This document shows, piece after piece, positions 23,904-34,723 of a stretch of DNA of 64,000 nucleotides. Position 1 is the stretch's first letter. Every line of letters starts with the position of its first letter. The notes under the pieces are model-generated. The model searched no databases and was not told where the DNA came from. It saw only the letters and a list, made by a program, of their open reading frames with translations. The DNA is from Hydrurus foetidus (taxonomy: Eukaryota), in assembly GCA_900617105.1 (NCBI GenBank), contig UYFQ01000001.1, positions 372,001 through 436,000 of the forward strand. Reading direction: 5' to 3'. The position numbers were made by a program, and so were the translations under genes.

Positions 23904-25246
23904 GCACCTCTTCCACCGCCCCTCTTCACCGCATCATCATCGTAGGCGGGGGCGCTGGCGGGCTTGAGCTGGCCACCAGCTTGGGCCGAAAACTTGGCAA
24001 AAAGGGCAAAGCCCAGGTCACGCTGATTGAGAAGGCCCGTACCCATTTCTGGAAGCCCCACCTGCACGAGATCGCCGCAGGGTCGGTGGATTTGCACACC
24101 TACGCGACTGACTATCTGGCGCAGTCGCATTGGCATGGTTTTCGATACCGCATTGGCGAGATGGTGGGGCTTGACCGCGAAAAGCGCGAGGTGGCTGTAG
24201 CTGCGGTGTATGACGAAGAGGGCAAGCTTGTCATCGACGCCCGCAGCTTTGGCTACGACACCCTGGTGATGGCCGTGGGCAGCCAGACCAACGATTTCGG
24301 CACGCCGGGTGTGAAAGAGTACGCGATTGCGCTGGAAACACCGCGCGAGGCCGATGTGTTTCACCGTCGGTTAGTGAACGCCTGCATTCGCGCTCACTCC
24401 CAAAGCACGCCCTTGTTGCCGCACCAGTTGCAGGTCGCCATCATCGGCGCGGGCGCGACAGGCGTGGAGTTGTGTGCTGAGCTGCACAAGGCCACGCGCA
24501 CGCTGGTGTCTTACGGTTTAGACCGCATTGACCCAGAGCGTGACATCAAACTGGTGCTGATTGAGGCCGGCCCACGCATCTTGCCGGCCTTGCCTGAGCG
24601 TATTTCGCAGGCTGCGCATGGCTTGCTGAGCGATTTGGGCGTGCAGGTGCGCACGTCGGCCAAGGTGACGGCGGTGGTGTCGCAAGACGGCGTTACCAGC
24701 GTGCAGTTGGCGGACGGGCAAACGGTGCCGTCGGAGCTGGTGGTGTGGGCAGCGGGTGTGAAAGCACCTGAGTTTTTGCGCGATCTGGCGGGGCTGGAGA
24801 CCAACCGCATCAACCAACTGGTGGTCAAGTCCACGCTGCAAAGCACGCGCGACGAGGCGATTTTTGCGCTGGGCGATTGCGCCGCCGTGCCGTGGTTGGG
24901 CAAGCCTGAGGGCACGACCACGCCACCGCGTGCCCAGGCGGCGCACCAGCACGCCAGCCATTTGGTGCAGCAAATCCAGCGGCGCATGGCGGGCCAGCCG
25001 TTGACCGAGTGGCATTACCGCGACTTTGGCTCGCTGGTGTCGCTGGGGGAGTATTCCACCGTGGGCAACCTGATGGGCGGGTTGATGAAGGGCACGCTGT
25101 GGGTGGATGGCTTGTTTGCCCGCATGATGTACCTGTCGCTTTACAAAATGCATGAAGTGGCGCTGCATGGTTTTTGGAAAACCGGGCTGAGCTGGGCCTC
25201 GCACCTGTTGACGCGCACCACCGAGCCTCGGGTGAAGTTGCATTGA
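23900..25246 (+). CDS. ndh: Type II NADH dehydrogenase
   Basis: IVGGGAGG, WKPHLHE, IIGAGATGVEL, VWAAGVK, GDCA, PPRAQAAHQ. Confidence 0.9.
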   Translation: MSTSSTAPLHRIIIVGGGAGGLELATSLGRKLGKKGKAQVTLIEKARTHFWKPHLHEIAAGSVDLHTYATDYLAQSHWHGFRYRIGEMVGLDREKREVAVAAVYDEEGKLVIDARSFGYDTLVMAVGSQTNDFGTPGVKEYAIALETPREADVFHRRLVNACIRAHSQSTPLLPHQLQVAIIGAGATGVELCAELHKATRTLVSYGLDRIDPERDIKLVLIEAGPRILPALPERISQAAHGLLSDLGVQVRTSAKVTAVVSQDGVTSVQLADGQTVPSELVVWAAGVKAPEFLRDLAGLETNRINQLVVKSTLQSTRDEAIFALGDCAAVPWLGKPEGTTTPPRAQAAHQHASHLVQQIQRRMAGQPLTEWHYRDFGSLVSLGEYSTVGNLMGGLMKGTLWVDGLFARMMYLSLYKMHEVALHGFWKTGLSWASHLLTRTTEPRVKLH

Positions 25247-26418
25247 CCTCCAGCCTTTCTGCACCACTGGCACGCCTCATTTCGGGGCATGTGTGCCTGC
25301 ACGCTTGCATGGCAGGCACGCGGATGGCGGCCCCACTGTTGGCGCTGCACCAAGGCTACAGCCCGTTGGCAGTGGGGGTGTTGCTGGCGTTGTTTGCATT
25401 GACGCAGGTGTTTCTGGCGCTGCCTGCGGGCCGGTTTGCAGATCGTCACGGATTGAAGCGGCCTGTGGGGCTGGGGGTGATCGCTGCGGCCACAGGGGCG
25501 GGTTTGGCGGTGGCTTTCTCGGTGTTCCCTGTGCTGTGCCTGAGTGCTTTGTTGACAGGGGGCGCGACGGGTGCGGCATCCATCGCGCTGCAACGGCATG
25601 TGGGGCGGGCTGCGCAGACACCGACACAGCTCAAGCAGGTGTTCTCTTGGTTGTCGATTGGCCCGGCTGCGTCTAATTTTTTAGGGCCGTTTGCGGCGGG
25701 TTTGCTGATTGACCACGCCGGGCAGGCGGCGGGCGATACACAGGGCTACCGCGCCGCGTTTTTGTGCATGGCCTTGCTGGCGCTGGTGGCTTGGTTTTGG
25801 GTACGTCAAACGCAAGAGTTGCCACCGGTGGCCGTGGCGGCTGGCCCCAAGCCCCGCGCCTGGGATTTGCTGCGCACAGCGATGTTCCGCCGCTTGCTGG
25901 TGGTGAACTGGCTGTTGTCAGCCTGCTGGGATGTGCATACCTTCGTCGTGCCGATTTTGGGCCACGAGCGGGGGTTCAGTGCGTCGGTGATCGGGTCGAT
26001 CTTGGGCGCTTTTGCGGTGGCCGCAGCGCTGATTCGCGTGCTGCTGCCGCTTGTGGCTGCACGTTTGCGCGAGTGGGCTGTGGTGAGCGGGGCGATGGGG
26101 GTGACGGCGCTGCTGTTCTCGGTGTACCCGCTGCTGGTGACACCCTGGAGCATGGGTTTGTGCTCCATTTTGCTGGGGCTGACGTTGGGCACGGTGCAGC
26201 CGATGATCATGAGCACGCTGCACCAAATCACCCCCGAAGCCCGCCACGGCGAGGCGCTGGGCCTGCGCTTGATGGCAATCAATGCATCCAGTGTGGCAAT
26301 GCCCATGGTTTTTGGGCTGGCCGGTGCAGCAATCGGGGTGTCTGCCGTGTTCTGGATGGTGGGGGTGACGGTGGGTTGCGGGGTGCCGCAGGCTTGGCGC
26401 TTGCGGGCCAAGGCTTAA
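25243..26418 (+). CDS. MFS transporter
   Basis: Multiple hydrophobic segments, GRFADRHG motif A; probable TTG start overlapping the ndh stop. Confidence 0.88.
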   Translation: MTSSLSAPLARLISGHVCLHACMAGTRMAAPLLALHQGYSPLAVGVLLALFALTQVFLALPAGRFADRHGLKRPVGLGVIAAATGAGLAVAFSVFPVLCLSALLTGGATGAASIALQRHVGRAAQTPTQLKQVFSWLSIGPAASNFLGPFAAGLLIDHAGQAAGDTQGYRAAFLCMALLALVAWFWVRQTQELPPVAVAAGPKPRAWDLLRTAMFRRLLVVNWLLSACWDVHTFVVPILGHERGFSASVIGSILGAFAVAAALIRVLLPLVAARLREWAVVSGAMGVTALLFSVYPLLVTPWSMGLCSILLGLTLGTVQPMIMSTLHQITPEARHGEALGLRLMAINASSVAMPMVFGLAGAAIGVSAVFWMVGVTVGCGVPQAWRLRAKA

Positions 26419-26447
26419 CGGTTAACTTCGCCGATTGCCTTTACAGG

Positions 26448-27311
26448 TCACAGACCGTAAAACTTCACAATCGCATCCCATGCCACTTGCGGGTCGTCGG
26501 TGTACTGGAACATGTTCAGATCTTCGGCGTTGATTGCACCTTCTTCTACCAGCACTTCAGGGTTGAACAAGCGCTTCCAGTAGTCGGTGCCAAACAGCAC
26601 GATGGGCACGGGCTTGGCTTTTTTGCACTGGATCAGGGTCAAGGTTTCAAACAATTCGTCCAGGGTGCCGAAGCCGCCGGGGAAGGCTACCAAGGCTTTG
26701 GCGCGCATCATGAAGTGCATTTTGCGCAGCGCGAAGTAGTGGAATTTGAAGGTCAACGCGGGGGTGACGTAGGGGTTGGGTTTTTCTTCTTTGGGCAGTG
26801 CGATGGACAGGCCCACGCTTTCGCCGCCTGCTTCAAAGGCACCCCGGTTGGCCGCTTCCATGATGCCGGGGCCGCCGCCGGTACACACAAACAGCTTGTC
26901 TTTGGCCGCTTTGGTGGCGCTGTAGTTGGCGACGATTTTGCCGAACGTGCGGGCTTGCTCGTAGTAGTTGGCGTTGCGCAGCATTGTTGTGGCTTTGGCG
27001 ATGGCCTGGGCGTTGCCGCTGGCTTGGGCTTCGCTCAACTGGACAAGGGCATCGGCTTCGCTTTTGAAGCGGGCACTGCCGAACACCACCACGGTGTTTT
27101 CTACGCCGTGGGCCTGCTGGCCCAAGTCGGGTTTCATCAGCTCCAGCTGAAAGCGGATGCCACGGGTCTCGCGGCGCAGCAAAAATTCAGGGTCAGCGAA
27201 AGCCAAGCGCTCGGGGTTGGCTTCCAGAGGGGTGTTGCCACCGCCGTGGGATTGCAAGGTAGCCCAGGCATCGGCGAGTTTGCTGTCGTGAAGGGTGACG
27301 GAAGCGTCCAT
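26448..27311 (-). CDS. LOG family (TIGR00730) nucleotide phosphoribohydrolase-like protein
   Basis: VFGSAR, TGGGPGIMEAANRGA, RKMHF, PGGFGTLDE. Confidence 0.9.
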   Translation of the reverse strand: MDASVTLHDSKLADAWATLQSHGGGNTPLEANPERLAFADPEFLLRRETRGIRFQLELMKPDLGQQAHGVENTVVVFGSARFKSEADALVQLSEAQASGNAQAIAKATTMLRNANYYEQARTFGKIVANYSATKAAKDKLFVCTGGGPGIMEAANRGAFEAGGESVGLSIALPKEEKPNPYVTPALTFKFHYFALRKMHFMMRAKALVAFPGGFGTLDELFETLTLIQCKKAKPVPIVLFGTDYWKRLFNPEVLVEEGAINAEDLNMFQYTDDPQVAWDAIVKFYGL

Positions 27312-27351
27312 GGGGTGTGTGGGGGTAAAAAGCCAAAAGGCGTTGAACAAT

Positions 27352-27379
27352 TAAAAAAGGCTCCTTGCGGAGCCTTTGA
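27352..27379 (-). terminator. efp intrinsic terminator
   Basis: Minus strand reads AAAGGCTCC-GCAA-GGAGCCTTT-TTT. Confidence 0.85.
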
Positions 27380-27404
27380 GTGTCGGTGAAATACAGGGCG
27401 AAAA

Positions 27405-27959
27405 TTAAACGCGCTTGCGGTATTCGCCGGTACGTGTATCGATTTCGACTTTATCGCCTTGCGCGACGAAGATTGGCACGCCGATTTCAAAGTCGGTGGC
27501 GATTTTGGCGGGCTTGAGCACTTTGCCGGAGGTGTCGCCTTTGACTGCTGGCTCTGTCCAGGTGATTTCGCGCACCACGCTGGTGGGCAGCTCAACCGAG
27601 ATGGCTTTGCCGTCATAGAACACGACTTCGAGTTCCATGCCGTCTTCGAGGTAGTTCAGGGCGTCGCCCATGTTTTCGGCTTCGACTTCGTACTGGTTGA
27701 ACTCGGTGTCCATGCAGACGTACATCGGGTCAGCGAAGTAGGTGTAGGTGCAGTCTTTTTTGTCCAAGATGACTTGGTCGATTTTGTCATCGGCCTTGAA
27801 CACGACTTCGGTGCCGAAGTTGGCGATCAAGCTTTTCAGCTTCATGCGAACGGTGGCGGAGTTGCGACCACCACGGCTGTACTCGGTCTTCAACACGACC
27901 ATCGGGTCTTTGCCGTGCATGATGACGTTACCGATGCGGATTTCTTGTGCTACTTTCAT
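27405..27959 (-). CDS. efp: Elongation factor P (Arg32 type)
   Basis: SRGGRNSA loop, [16 protein letters not shown]. Confidence 0.98.
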   Translation of the reverse strand: MKVAQEIRIGNVIMHGKDPMVVLKTEYSRGGRNSATVRMKLKSLIANFGTEVVFKADDKIDQVILDKKDCTYTYFADPMYVCMDTEFNQYEVEAENMGDALNYLEDGMELEVVFYDGKAISVELPTSVVREITWTEPAVKGDTSGKVLKPAKIATDFEIGVPIFVAQGDKVEIDTRTGEYRKRV

Positions 27960-28088
27960 GGGATTCCTTGGGAGCTTGGGGGGCCGACGCTGGCTTGGGG
28001 TACGTATCGGTGCATCCCAGGAGCCATTTGTGCAGTGCTTGCAACCAGAAGTTGCCGCGCCAGACTGTTGTTGGCAAAGCCTGATATT

Positions 28089-29204
28089 TTAGCGTGCTTT
28101 TGTCGCCAGACCGGTTACAAAAGCTTGTAGCTGCGTAGACAGGTCCGCTTGTTGTTGCAATCGGACACGGGCTTGAGGGGCGCTGGTGTCTTGCCGCAGT
28201 GTCTCGATGTCTGGCAGGGATGCATTGCTCAGCCCGTTCCAAATGTGGTGCCATGCGCGCACGGTGGGTGACGCATCCAGGGTGTCTAGCAGGGCTTCTA
28301 GCTTGGCATGGTGGGCATTGTCGTCTTGCGGGTAGATATGCCAAACGAACGGTTTCCCCGCCCAAATGGCCCGCACCAGCGAATCTTCGCCGCGTACAAA
28401 GTTCACATCACAAGCCCACAGCAGGTGGTCGAAATCGGGCTGACTAAGGTTCGGTAAGTATGAAATTGATAGCTGGCTACGCTTATCTATTGTGCTGATA
28501 TGGCTGTTTTTACCATTGATGGCCTTTTTCACTGCGGCTGTCGCACGGCCCGCTGTCACCAGCAGGTGCGTGGGGTGAGGGCTTTGTGCGAGTTGGGCCA
28601 ACAGCTCAGGCAGTGCGGTGGGCTCGTAGCAGAACAGCGACACATAGCGCACGCTGGAATGCGGCTGGGTGAGGATGCCCGTCTGAGCAAGCCACGCACC
28701 GCGCTCAAACCGCGCTTGCCGTGTTGCAAGGTCTGGTTCTCGCAGCAGCCCGCCTGTGCCGGGGGTGAAGCCGGGGTAGAAAAAATGCTTGGTCAATCCC
28801 GCGCCCGGCCCGTGGAAGACGGGGGAGGGCAGGCCGTGGCATTGCGCGGCATAAGGCTCGGCGCTGAGGTATTCCAGGTTGATCCAGGCGATGGGGTGAG
28901 TCTGATGGCGCTGTGCCATGTGGGCCACGAACTCAGGGGGCAACTCGCAGCCAAAAGCTTCAACCACCACGTCGCCGGGTTCGGGCCATGCGGTAGGACA
29001 TGCGTCAGAACATGCCGCAGAGGTGGCCCAGACCTGTACGTCAATGCGCTCGTTGGCATCCGGGGCCATCCACACCAAGGCGGACGGGTCGTCAACCCAC
29101 AGCCGCAGTTGTTCGCCCTGAGTTGCCAAGTTCTGGCACAAACGCCAGCACACACCGAGGTCGCCGTGGTTGTCGATGACCTTGCAGAAAATATCCCAAA
29201 CCAT
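28089..29204 (-). CDS. earP: EF-P arginine rhamnosyltransferase
   Basis: WDIFCKVIDNHGDLGVCWRL, EAFGC, WINLEYLSAE, NFVRGEDS, WHIYPQ; adjacent to efp. Confidence 0.96.
   Translation of the reverse strand: MVWDIFCKVIDNHGDLGVCWRLCQNLATQGEQLRLWVDDPSALVWMAPDANERIDVQVWATSAACSDACPTAWPEPGDVVVEAFGCELPPEFVAHMAQRHQTHPIAWINLEYLSAEPYAAQCHGLPSPVFHGPGAGLTKHFFYPGFTPGTGGLLREPDLATRQARFERGAWLAQTGILTQPHSSVRYVSLFCYEPTALPELLAQLAQSPHPTHLLVTAGRATAAVKKAINGKNSHISTIDKRSQLSISYLPNLSQPDFDHLLWACDVNFVRGEDSLVRAIWAGKPFVWHIYPQDDNAHHAKLEALLDTLDASPTVRAWHHIWNGLSNASLPDIETLRQDTSAPQARVRLQQQADLSTQLQAFVTGLATKAR
28456..28520. repeat. Dispersed bipartite element copy (in earP)
   Basis: AGT-ATGAAATTGAT-AGC-TGGCTA-CGC-TTATCTATTGT-GCT ... 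TTTTTACCATT; AT-rich island in a GC-rich gene. Confidence 0.75.
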
Positions 29205-29265
29205 AAAAATCCCACTCTGAAAATGAAGGTGCAGCCAGGGCATCCGCAGCGGCACAATACGGCCC

Positions 29266-31302
29266 ATGTCAGACCTCACCCCCTTACCTGCTCCTTTGCC
29301 TGTCCCTTTAAAGTCTTCCGAATCGCCCCTTTCGGCTCTTCCACCGCATTCTGACCAGTTGCTGAGCGAGGTTGGCGCGTTACCTGGGCTGCCTGGCGTT
29401 TACCGCTATTTTGATGCCGAGGGTGGTGTGCTTTATGTGGGCAAGGCGAACAACCTGAAAAAGCGGGTTTCCAGCTATTTCCAAAAAAATCACGGCGGCA
29501 CCCGCATTGGTCACATGGTCAGCAAGATTGTGCGCATGGAAACCACGGTGGTGCGCTCTGAGGCTGAAGCGCTGATTCTGGAAAATAACCTCATCAAGAC
29601 GCTCAAGCCCAAGTACAACATTTTGTTTCGGGACGACAAGAGCTACCCCTACCTCAAAATCACTGGCACCGAAGCGCCCAAAGACGGCATCAAGCCTGGT
29701 GCAGCGGTCTTCGCCAGGGTGGCGCATTACCGAGGTGCAACCGAGAAAAAGCACCATTACTTCGGCCCATACCCCAGCGCGTGGGCGGTCAAAGAATCTA
29801 TTTTGCTGCTGCAAAAGGCCTTCAAGCTTCGCACCTGTGAAGACACGGTGTTTGCCAACCGCACACGCCCTTGTTTGCTGTACCAAATCAAGCGTTGCTC
29901 AGGGCCGTGTGTGGCGCATATCTCGCCTGAAGCGTATGGGCATGACGTGGCGAACGCGGAGGCGTTTTTGCGTGGCGACACCGATCTGGTGCTGGCACAG
30001 TTGCAAGACCGAATGATGGCGCACGCTGACCGGCTGGAGTTCGAGGTGGCCGCTGAGTTGCGCAACCAGATGAGTGCATTGGCCAAAATTTTGCACCAGC
30101 AGTCGGTGGAAACCACGTCCGACAAAGACGTGGATATTTTGGCCGTCAAGCTGCAAGGGGGTCGGGCTTGCGTGAATTTGGCGATGGTGCGCGGCGGGCG
30201 GCATTTGGGCGACCGGCCTTACTTTCCCGTGCATATCGAAGATGCGTCTGCGATGCTGGCCAAGGATGCGACCGTGGCCACGGTGGCTGAAGAGGTGGAA
30301 ATTCAAGTGCTGGAAGCCTTCATCGCGCAGCACTACATCGGTACCGTGTTGCCCGCCGTACTGGTGGCCAGCCAGCCCATCAGCAAAGCGCTGATAGATG
30401 CGCTGTGTGTCGACAGTGGGGTCAAGCTGACCGTGGTGCAGCAACCGCACGATGTTAGGCGGATCTGGTTGGAAATGGCGCAGACCAATGCGGACATCCA
30501 ACTTGCCCGCCTGCTGGCCGAAGAAGGCTCGCAGCAAGCCCGCACCCGCGCTCTGGCCGATGCGCTCGATTTGCTGATGGCGAACAACCCTGAGGGCTTA
30601 GACCGTCTGCGCATCGAGTGCTTTGATATTTCCCACACTGCGGGCGAGGCGACGCAGGCATCGTGCGTGGTGTTTCAGCACCACAAAATGCAAAGTTCCG
30701 AGTACCGACGCTACAAAATTGAAGACATCACGCCAGGCGATGATTACGCGGCGATGCGCCAAGTGCTGATGCGCCGCTATGGCAAATTGGCCGAGGCCAT
30801 GCGGGAAGCGGCGACAGCGGGGCTGGAAGGCGGCAGCCCACCACGGGCTTCGCATTTGCCAGATTTGGTGCTGGTGGATGGCGGTAAAGGGCAGGTGTCG
30901 ATGGCGCGGGAAGTCTTCGTCAGTCTGGGGCTGGATTTGTCCATGATTATTGGTGTAGAAAAAGGTGAAGGCCGCAAGGTGGGTCTGGAAGACCTGGTGT
31001 TTGCCGATGGCCGCGAGAAGGTTTATTTGGGACGTGACTCTGCTGCACTGATGCTGGTGGCGCAAATTCGTGATGAAGCGCACCGCTTCGCCATCACCGG
31101 GATGCGGGCGCAGCGTGCCAAAGTACGGGTGGGGGGCAGCAAACTGGAAGATATTCCGGGCATTGGCCCCAAAAAGCGTGCGCGCTTGTTGCAGCGCTTT
31201 GGTGGTATTAGAGGGGTGGCCGATGCCGGGGCTGAGGATTTGGCGACGGTGGAAGGTATTTCGCGGGAGTTAGCAGATGAAATTTACCGGGCTTTACGTT
31301 GA
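29266..31302 (+). CDS. uvrC: Excinuclease ABC subunit C
   Basis: GIY-YIG (PGVYRY...YVGKA), [23 protein letters not shown], HhH. Confidence 0.98.
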   Translation: MSDLTPLPAPLPVPLKSSESPLSALPPHSDQLLSEVGALPGLPGVYRYFDAEGGVLYVGKANNLKKRVSSYFQKNHGGTRIGHMVSKIVRMETTVVRSEAEALILENNLIKTLKPKYNILFRDDKSYPYLKITGTEAPKDGIKPGAAVFARVAHYRGATEKKHHYFGPYPSAWAVKESILLLQKAFKLRTCEDTVFANRTRPCLLYQIKRCSGPCVAHISPEAYGHDVANAEAFLRGDTDLVLAQLQDRMMAHADRLEFEVAAELRNQMSALAKILHQQSVETTSDKDVDILAVKLQGGRACVNLAMVRGGRHLGDRPYFPVHIEDASAMLAKDATVATVAEEVEIQVLEAFIAQHYIGTVLPAVLVASQPISKALIDALCVDSGVKLTVVQQPHDVRRIWLEMAQTNADIQLARLLAEEGSQQARTRALADALDLLMANNPEGLDRLRIECFDISHTAGEATQASCVVFQHHKMQSSEYRRYKIEDITPGDDYAAMRQVLMRRYGKLAEAMREAATAGLEGGSPPRASHLPDLVLVDGGKGQVSMAREVFVSLGLDLSMIIGVEKGEGRKVGLEDLVFADGREKVYLGRDSAALMLVAQIRDEAHRFAITGMRAQRAKVRVGGSKLEDIPGIGPKKRARLLQRFGGIRGVADAGAEDLATVEGISRELADEIYRALR

Positions 31303-31347
31303 GTAATGGTGTCACTTAGCCCTTCGCTACGTGACACAATCAAGCCC

Positions 31348-31914
31348 ATGTTTTTCACCATCCCTACGATCCTGACCTGGACACGCATTGTTGCCATTCC
31401 CCTGATCGTGGGCGTGTTTTACATGGGGCTGCCTGAGCCGACTAAAAATTTAATTGCAACAGTGCTGTTTGTGGTGTTTGCCGCCACAGATTGGTTGGAT
31501 GGTTATTTAGCCCGCAAGCTGAACCAAGCATCGTCCTTTGGTGCGTTCTTAGACCCTGTTGCTGATAAATTTTTGGTGTGTGCGTCTTTGCTGGTACTGG
31601 TTCATCTGCAACGTGCCGATGTGTTTGTGGCACTCATCATCATTGGGCGTGAGATTGCGATTTCGGCCTTGCGGGAGTGGATGGCTCAAATTGGGGCGTC
31701 TAAAAGCGTGGCTGTCCACATGCTGGGCAAACTTAAAACCACGGTGCAGATGACAGCGATCCCGTTCTTGTTGTTTGATGGTCAGCTGTTTGGTTGGATG
31801 GACACAGGTGTTTGGGGTACTTGGTTGATCTGGATTTCCGCCGTACTGACGGTTTGGTCTATGGTTTACTACCTGCAAAAAGCTTTGCCTGAAATTCGCA
31901 AACGTGTGAGGTAA
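31348..31914 (+). CDS. pgsA: CDP-diacylglycerol--glycerol-3-phosphate 3-phosphatidyltransferase
   Basis: TDWLDGYLARK...GAFLDPVADK, REIAISALREWMA; follows uvrC. Confidence 0.96.
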   Translation: MFFTIPTILTWTRIVAIPLIVGVFYMGLPEPTKNLIATVLFVVFAATDWLDGYLARKLNQASSFGAFLDPVADKFLVCASLLVLVHLQRADVFVALIIIGREIAISALREWMAQIGASKSVAVHMLGKLKTTVQMTAIPFLLFDGQLFGWMDTGVWGTWLIWISAVLTVWSMVYYLQKALPEIRKRVR

Positions 31915-32059
31915 TACCCCGTAAGGACATGACTCGTCAGCGGTTCCTGATGGAGGTGGGGCAGTACATTTTCGATAAGCAGGCGTTCCCTTGTTAAAGG
32001 CTTATCTCCCTGAAACCGTCTAGAATCCGCGCCGCGCATGACGATTGCTGATGGCTGCA

Positions 32060-32088
32060 TTGACACTGTGGACGGTCATGGTTGTAAT
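32060..32088 (+). promoter_or_regulatory. sigma70-type promoter upstream of hupB
   Basis: TTGACA-N17-TGTAAT. Confidence 0.6.
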
Positions 32089-32231
32089 GCATGGTGCCAT
32101 TACGAGCGGGGTGAGGATCCTTAGAGGTGACTTGCCCCAGAAATCGTTAATGATCGCGGATTTTGCACGTGGTGTTTGTCGGCTTTTTCCATGCCAACAA
32201 GCCCAGTTTTCTCTACCCCAGAGGCACGACT

Positions 32232-32504
32232 ATGAATAAAACTGAATTAATTGAACATATTGCGCAACACGCCGACATTTCCAAAGCTGCAGCAACCCGC
32301 GCTTTGGAAGCCGCCATCGGTGCGGTGAAAACGACGCTTAAAAAAGGCGATTCAGTGTCTTTAGTCGGTTTTGGAACGTTTGCTGTGGGCAAACGTGCAG
32401 GCCGAAGTGGACGCAATCCACGTACAGGTGCTGCGATTAATATCAAAGCTGCAAATGTTCCGAAGTTCCGTCCTGGAAAAGCGCTCAAAGATGCGTTAAA
32501 CTAG
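32232..32504 (+). CDS. hupB: HU DNA-binding protein
   Basis: [32 protein letters not shown]. Confidence 0.95.
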   Translation: MNKTELIEHIAQHADISKAAATRALEAAIGAVKTTLKKGDSVSLVGFGTFAVGKRAGRSGRNPRTGAAINIKAANVPKFRPGKALKDALN

Positions 32505-32516
32505 CAGGCTTAGGTG

Positions 32517-32592
32517 GGGTGCTTAGCTCAGTTGGTAGAGCGGCGCCCTTACAAGGCGTAGGTCGGCGGTTCGAGCCCGTCAGCACTCACCA
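32517..32592 (+). tRNA. tRNA-Val(TAC)
   Basis: Cloverleaf, anticodon loop CTTACAA, CCA end. Confidence 0.96.
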
Positions 32593-32606
32593 TCCCACCC
32601 TCTGTG

Positions 32607-32632
32607 AAAAGGCGAACAATTGTTCGCCTTTT
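32607..32632 (+). terminator. Hairpin terminator after tRNA-Val
   Basis: AAAAGGCGAACA-AT-TGTTCGCCTTTT. Confidence 0.75.
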
Positions 32633-32658
32633 TGTTTTACTCCGCACAAAAGCACGCC

Positions 32659-34572
32659 ATGTTCGATTTCATTCGCAAGCACACCAAGATCATGCAGTTC
32701 TTGCTGTTTTTGTTGATTTTCCCGTCTTTTGTGCTTTTTGGCATTGATGGATACAACAGCTACCGCGAAAAGGGTGAGCCCGTAGCTAAAGTAGGTGGGC
32801 TGGAAATTTCCCAAAGTGAGTGGGATAACGCTCACAAAGCCGAAGTTGACCGTTTGCGTGCTTCTCGCCCAAACATCGATATTAAACTGCTTGATACCCC
32901 TGAGGCGCGCTACTCTAGTCTAGAGCGCTTGGTGCGTGACCGTCTGTTCTTGGTGGCTGCTGAAAAATTTCACCTGAGCACCAGCGATGCACAGCTTGCC
33001 AGTAACCTCGAAGCCAATCCTGCGATTGCCGGTTTGCGCCGTGCTGACGGCACGCTGGACATGGCCCGCTACAAAGACCTGCTGGCTGCACAAGGCATGA
33101 CGCCTGCCATGTTCGAGGCTTCCATGCGCAGTGAGCTGTCATCACGTCAAGTTTCTGCGGGCGTTGCTGATACGGGCTTTGCACCATCGCCTATTGCGGA
33201 TCAGGCGCTGAACGCATACTTTGAGCGTCGCTCAGTTCAAGTTGCGCTGTTTAAACCCAGTGATTTTGTGGTCAAGGTGAACCCTACGTCCGCCGAGCTG
33301 GACAGCTACTACAAAGCCAATCCAACCCAATTCCAAGCGTCTGAGCAAGCCGCTATTGAATATGTGGTATTGGACATGGATGCCGTGACGAAAACCATCG
33401 TCCCCAATGAAGCTGACCTGAAGACCTATTACGAGCAAAATGCCAGCCGTTTGGCCGGTGCTGAAACCCGCCGTGCCAGCCATATTCTGATCACGGCAGG
33501 CAAAGACATGCCTGCTGCTGACCGTCAAAAAGCCAAAGCACGTGCTGAAGAGTTGCTGGTGCAAGTCAAAAAAGTGCCAAACACCTTTGCCGATATCGCC
33601 AAGAAAAATTCGCAAGACTCAGGTTCTGCCGTGAACGGTGGTGATTTGGATTTCTTTGGGCGCGGCGCGATGGTCAAGCCGTTTGAAGATGCAGCCTTTG
33701 CCATGAAGGCGGGCGATATCAGTGACGTGGTGGAGTCTGATTTCGGCTACCACATCATCAAATTGACAGATGTTAAAGCACCAAAGCAAAAAACGTTTGA
33801 AGAACTCAAGCCTGAGCTGGAAGCCCAAGTTAAAAAGCAACTGGCCCAGCGCAAGTTCGCAGAAAGCGCGGAAGCCTTTACCAACGGTGTTTACGAGCAA
33901 TCTGACAGCCTCAAACCGGTCGCTGAAAAGCTGAAATTGGACATTCGCAAAGCGACCAGTGTGGGGCGCCAGCCCGGCCCTGGTGTGACCGGCGTATTGG
34001 CCAATCCCAAGCTGCTCACCGCTGTGTTTTCGCCTGATTCGATTGACAAAAAACACAACACTGAAGCTGTAGAGTTGGGTGCTAACCTGCTGGTTGCTGC
34101 CCGCATCACCGCCTACAGCCCTGCACGCACCCAGCCTTTTGCTGATGTAGCTGACATGGTGAAGACCCGCCTCACTGCGACCCGCAGTGCTGAACTGGCC
34201 AAAACTGAAGGCACAGCCAAACTGGAAGCTTGGAAGACCAATGCCAGTGCGGCGGTCTACCCTGACGCTGTTACCGTCTCCCGCCAAGACCCTAAAGCCT
34301 TGCCTATGCAGGTGGTTGATGCCGCCTTGCGCATCAATGGCAAAGCGCTGCCCGTACAGCAAGGTGTAGATCTGGGCGGGGCTGGTTATGCCGTGTTGAA
34401 AGTGGTTAAAATTTTGCCTCGTGACAAACCTGAAGCGACTGCTGCGAAGCAAGAAGTGACTCAGTACACCCGTGAATGGACGACAGCTGAAAACTTGGCT
34501 TACTACGATTTGCTTAAAGAGCAGTTCAAAGTCAAGATCATGGTGCCCAAGCCTGTCGCTGGCGCATTGTAA
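32659..34572 (+). CDS. ppiD: PpiD-like periplasmic chaperone (SurA-N plus parvulin domain)
   Basis: N-terminal TM, RRASHILI, GGDLDFF, MVKPFEDAAF, FGYHII. Confidence 0.9.
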   Translation: MFDFIRKHTKIMQFLLFLLIFPSFVLFGIDGYNSYREKGEPVAKVGGLEISQSEWDNAHKAEVDRLRASRPNIDIKLLDTPEARYSSLERLVRDRLFLVAAEKFHLSTSDAQLASNLEANPAIAGLRRADGTLDMARYKDLLAAQGMTPAMFEASMRSELSSRQVSAGVADTGFAPSPIADQALNAYFERRSVQVALFKPSDFVVKVNPTSAELDSYYKANPTQFQASEQAAIEYVVLDMDAVTKTIVPNEADLKTYYEQNASRLAGAETRRASHILITAGKDMPAADRQKAKARAEELLVQVKKVPNTFADIAKKNSQDSGSAVNGGDLDFFGRGAMVKPFEDAAFAMKAGDISDVVESDFGYHIIKLTDVKAPKQKTFEELKPELEAQVKKQLAQRKFAESAEAFTNGVYEQSDSLKPVAEKLKLDIRKATSVGRQPGPGVTGVLANPKLLTAVFSPDSIDKKHNTEAVELGANLLVAARITAYSPARTQPFADVADMVKTRLTATRSAELAKTEGTAKLEAWKTNASAAVYPDAVTVSRQDPKALPMQVVDAALRINGKALPVQQGVDLGGAGYAVLKVVKILPRDKPEATAAKQEVTQYTREWTTAENLAYYDLLKEQFKVKIMVPKPVAGAL

Positions 34573-34623
34573 ATTCTGTACAAGAATCGCGCCGCAGTGT
34601 GAAAGTTAGGCTGATTCTGAGGC

Positions 34624-34629
34624 TATAAT
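34624..34629 (+). promoter_or_regulatory. -10 box of the tRNA-His promoter
   Basis: Perfect TATAAT 10 nt upstream of the tRNA. Confidence 0.6.
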
Positions 34630-34639
34630 TGAGAGCTAC

Positions 34640-34716
34640 GGTGGCTGTAGCTCAGTTGGTAGAGTCCCAGATTGTGATTCTGGTTGTCGTGGGTTCGAGC
34701 CCCATCAGTCACCCCA
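34640..34716 (+). tRNA. tRNA-His(GTG) including the encoded G-1
   Basis: G-GTGGCTG...CAGTCAC-C-CCA, anticodon GTG in the loop ATTGTGATT. Confidence 0.96.
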
Positions 34717-34723
34717 CCTTATC

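Noticed and set aside
25764..27389. 541-aa plus-strand ORF
   Set aside because: Off-frame to the MFS gene and antisense to LOG; no protein features
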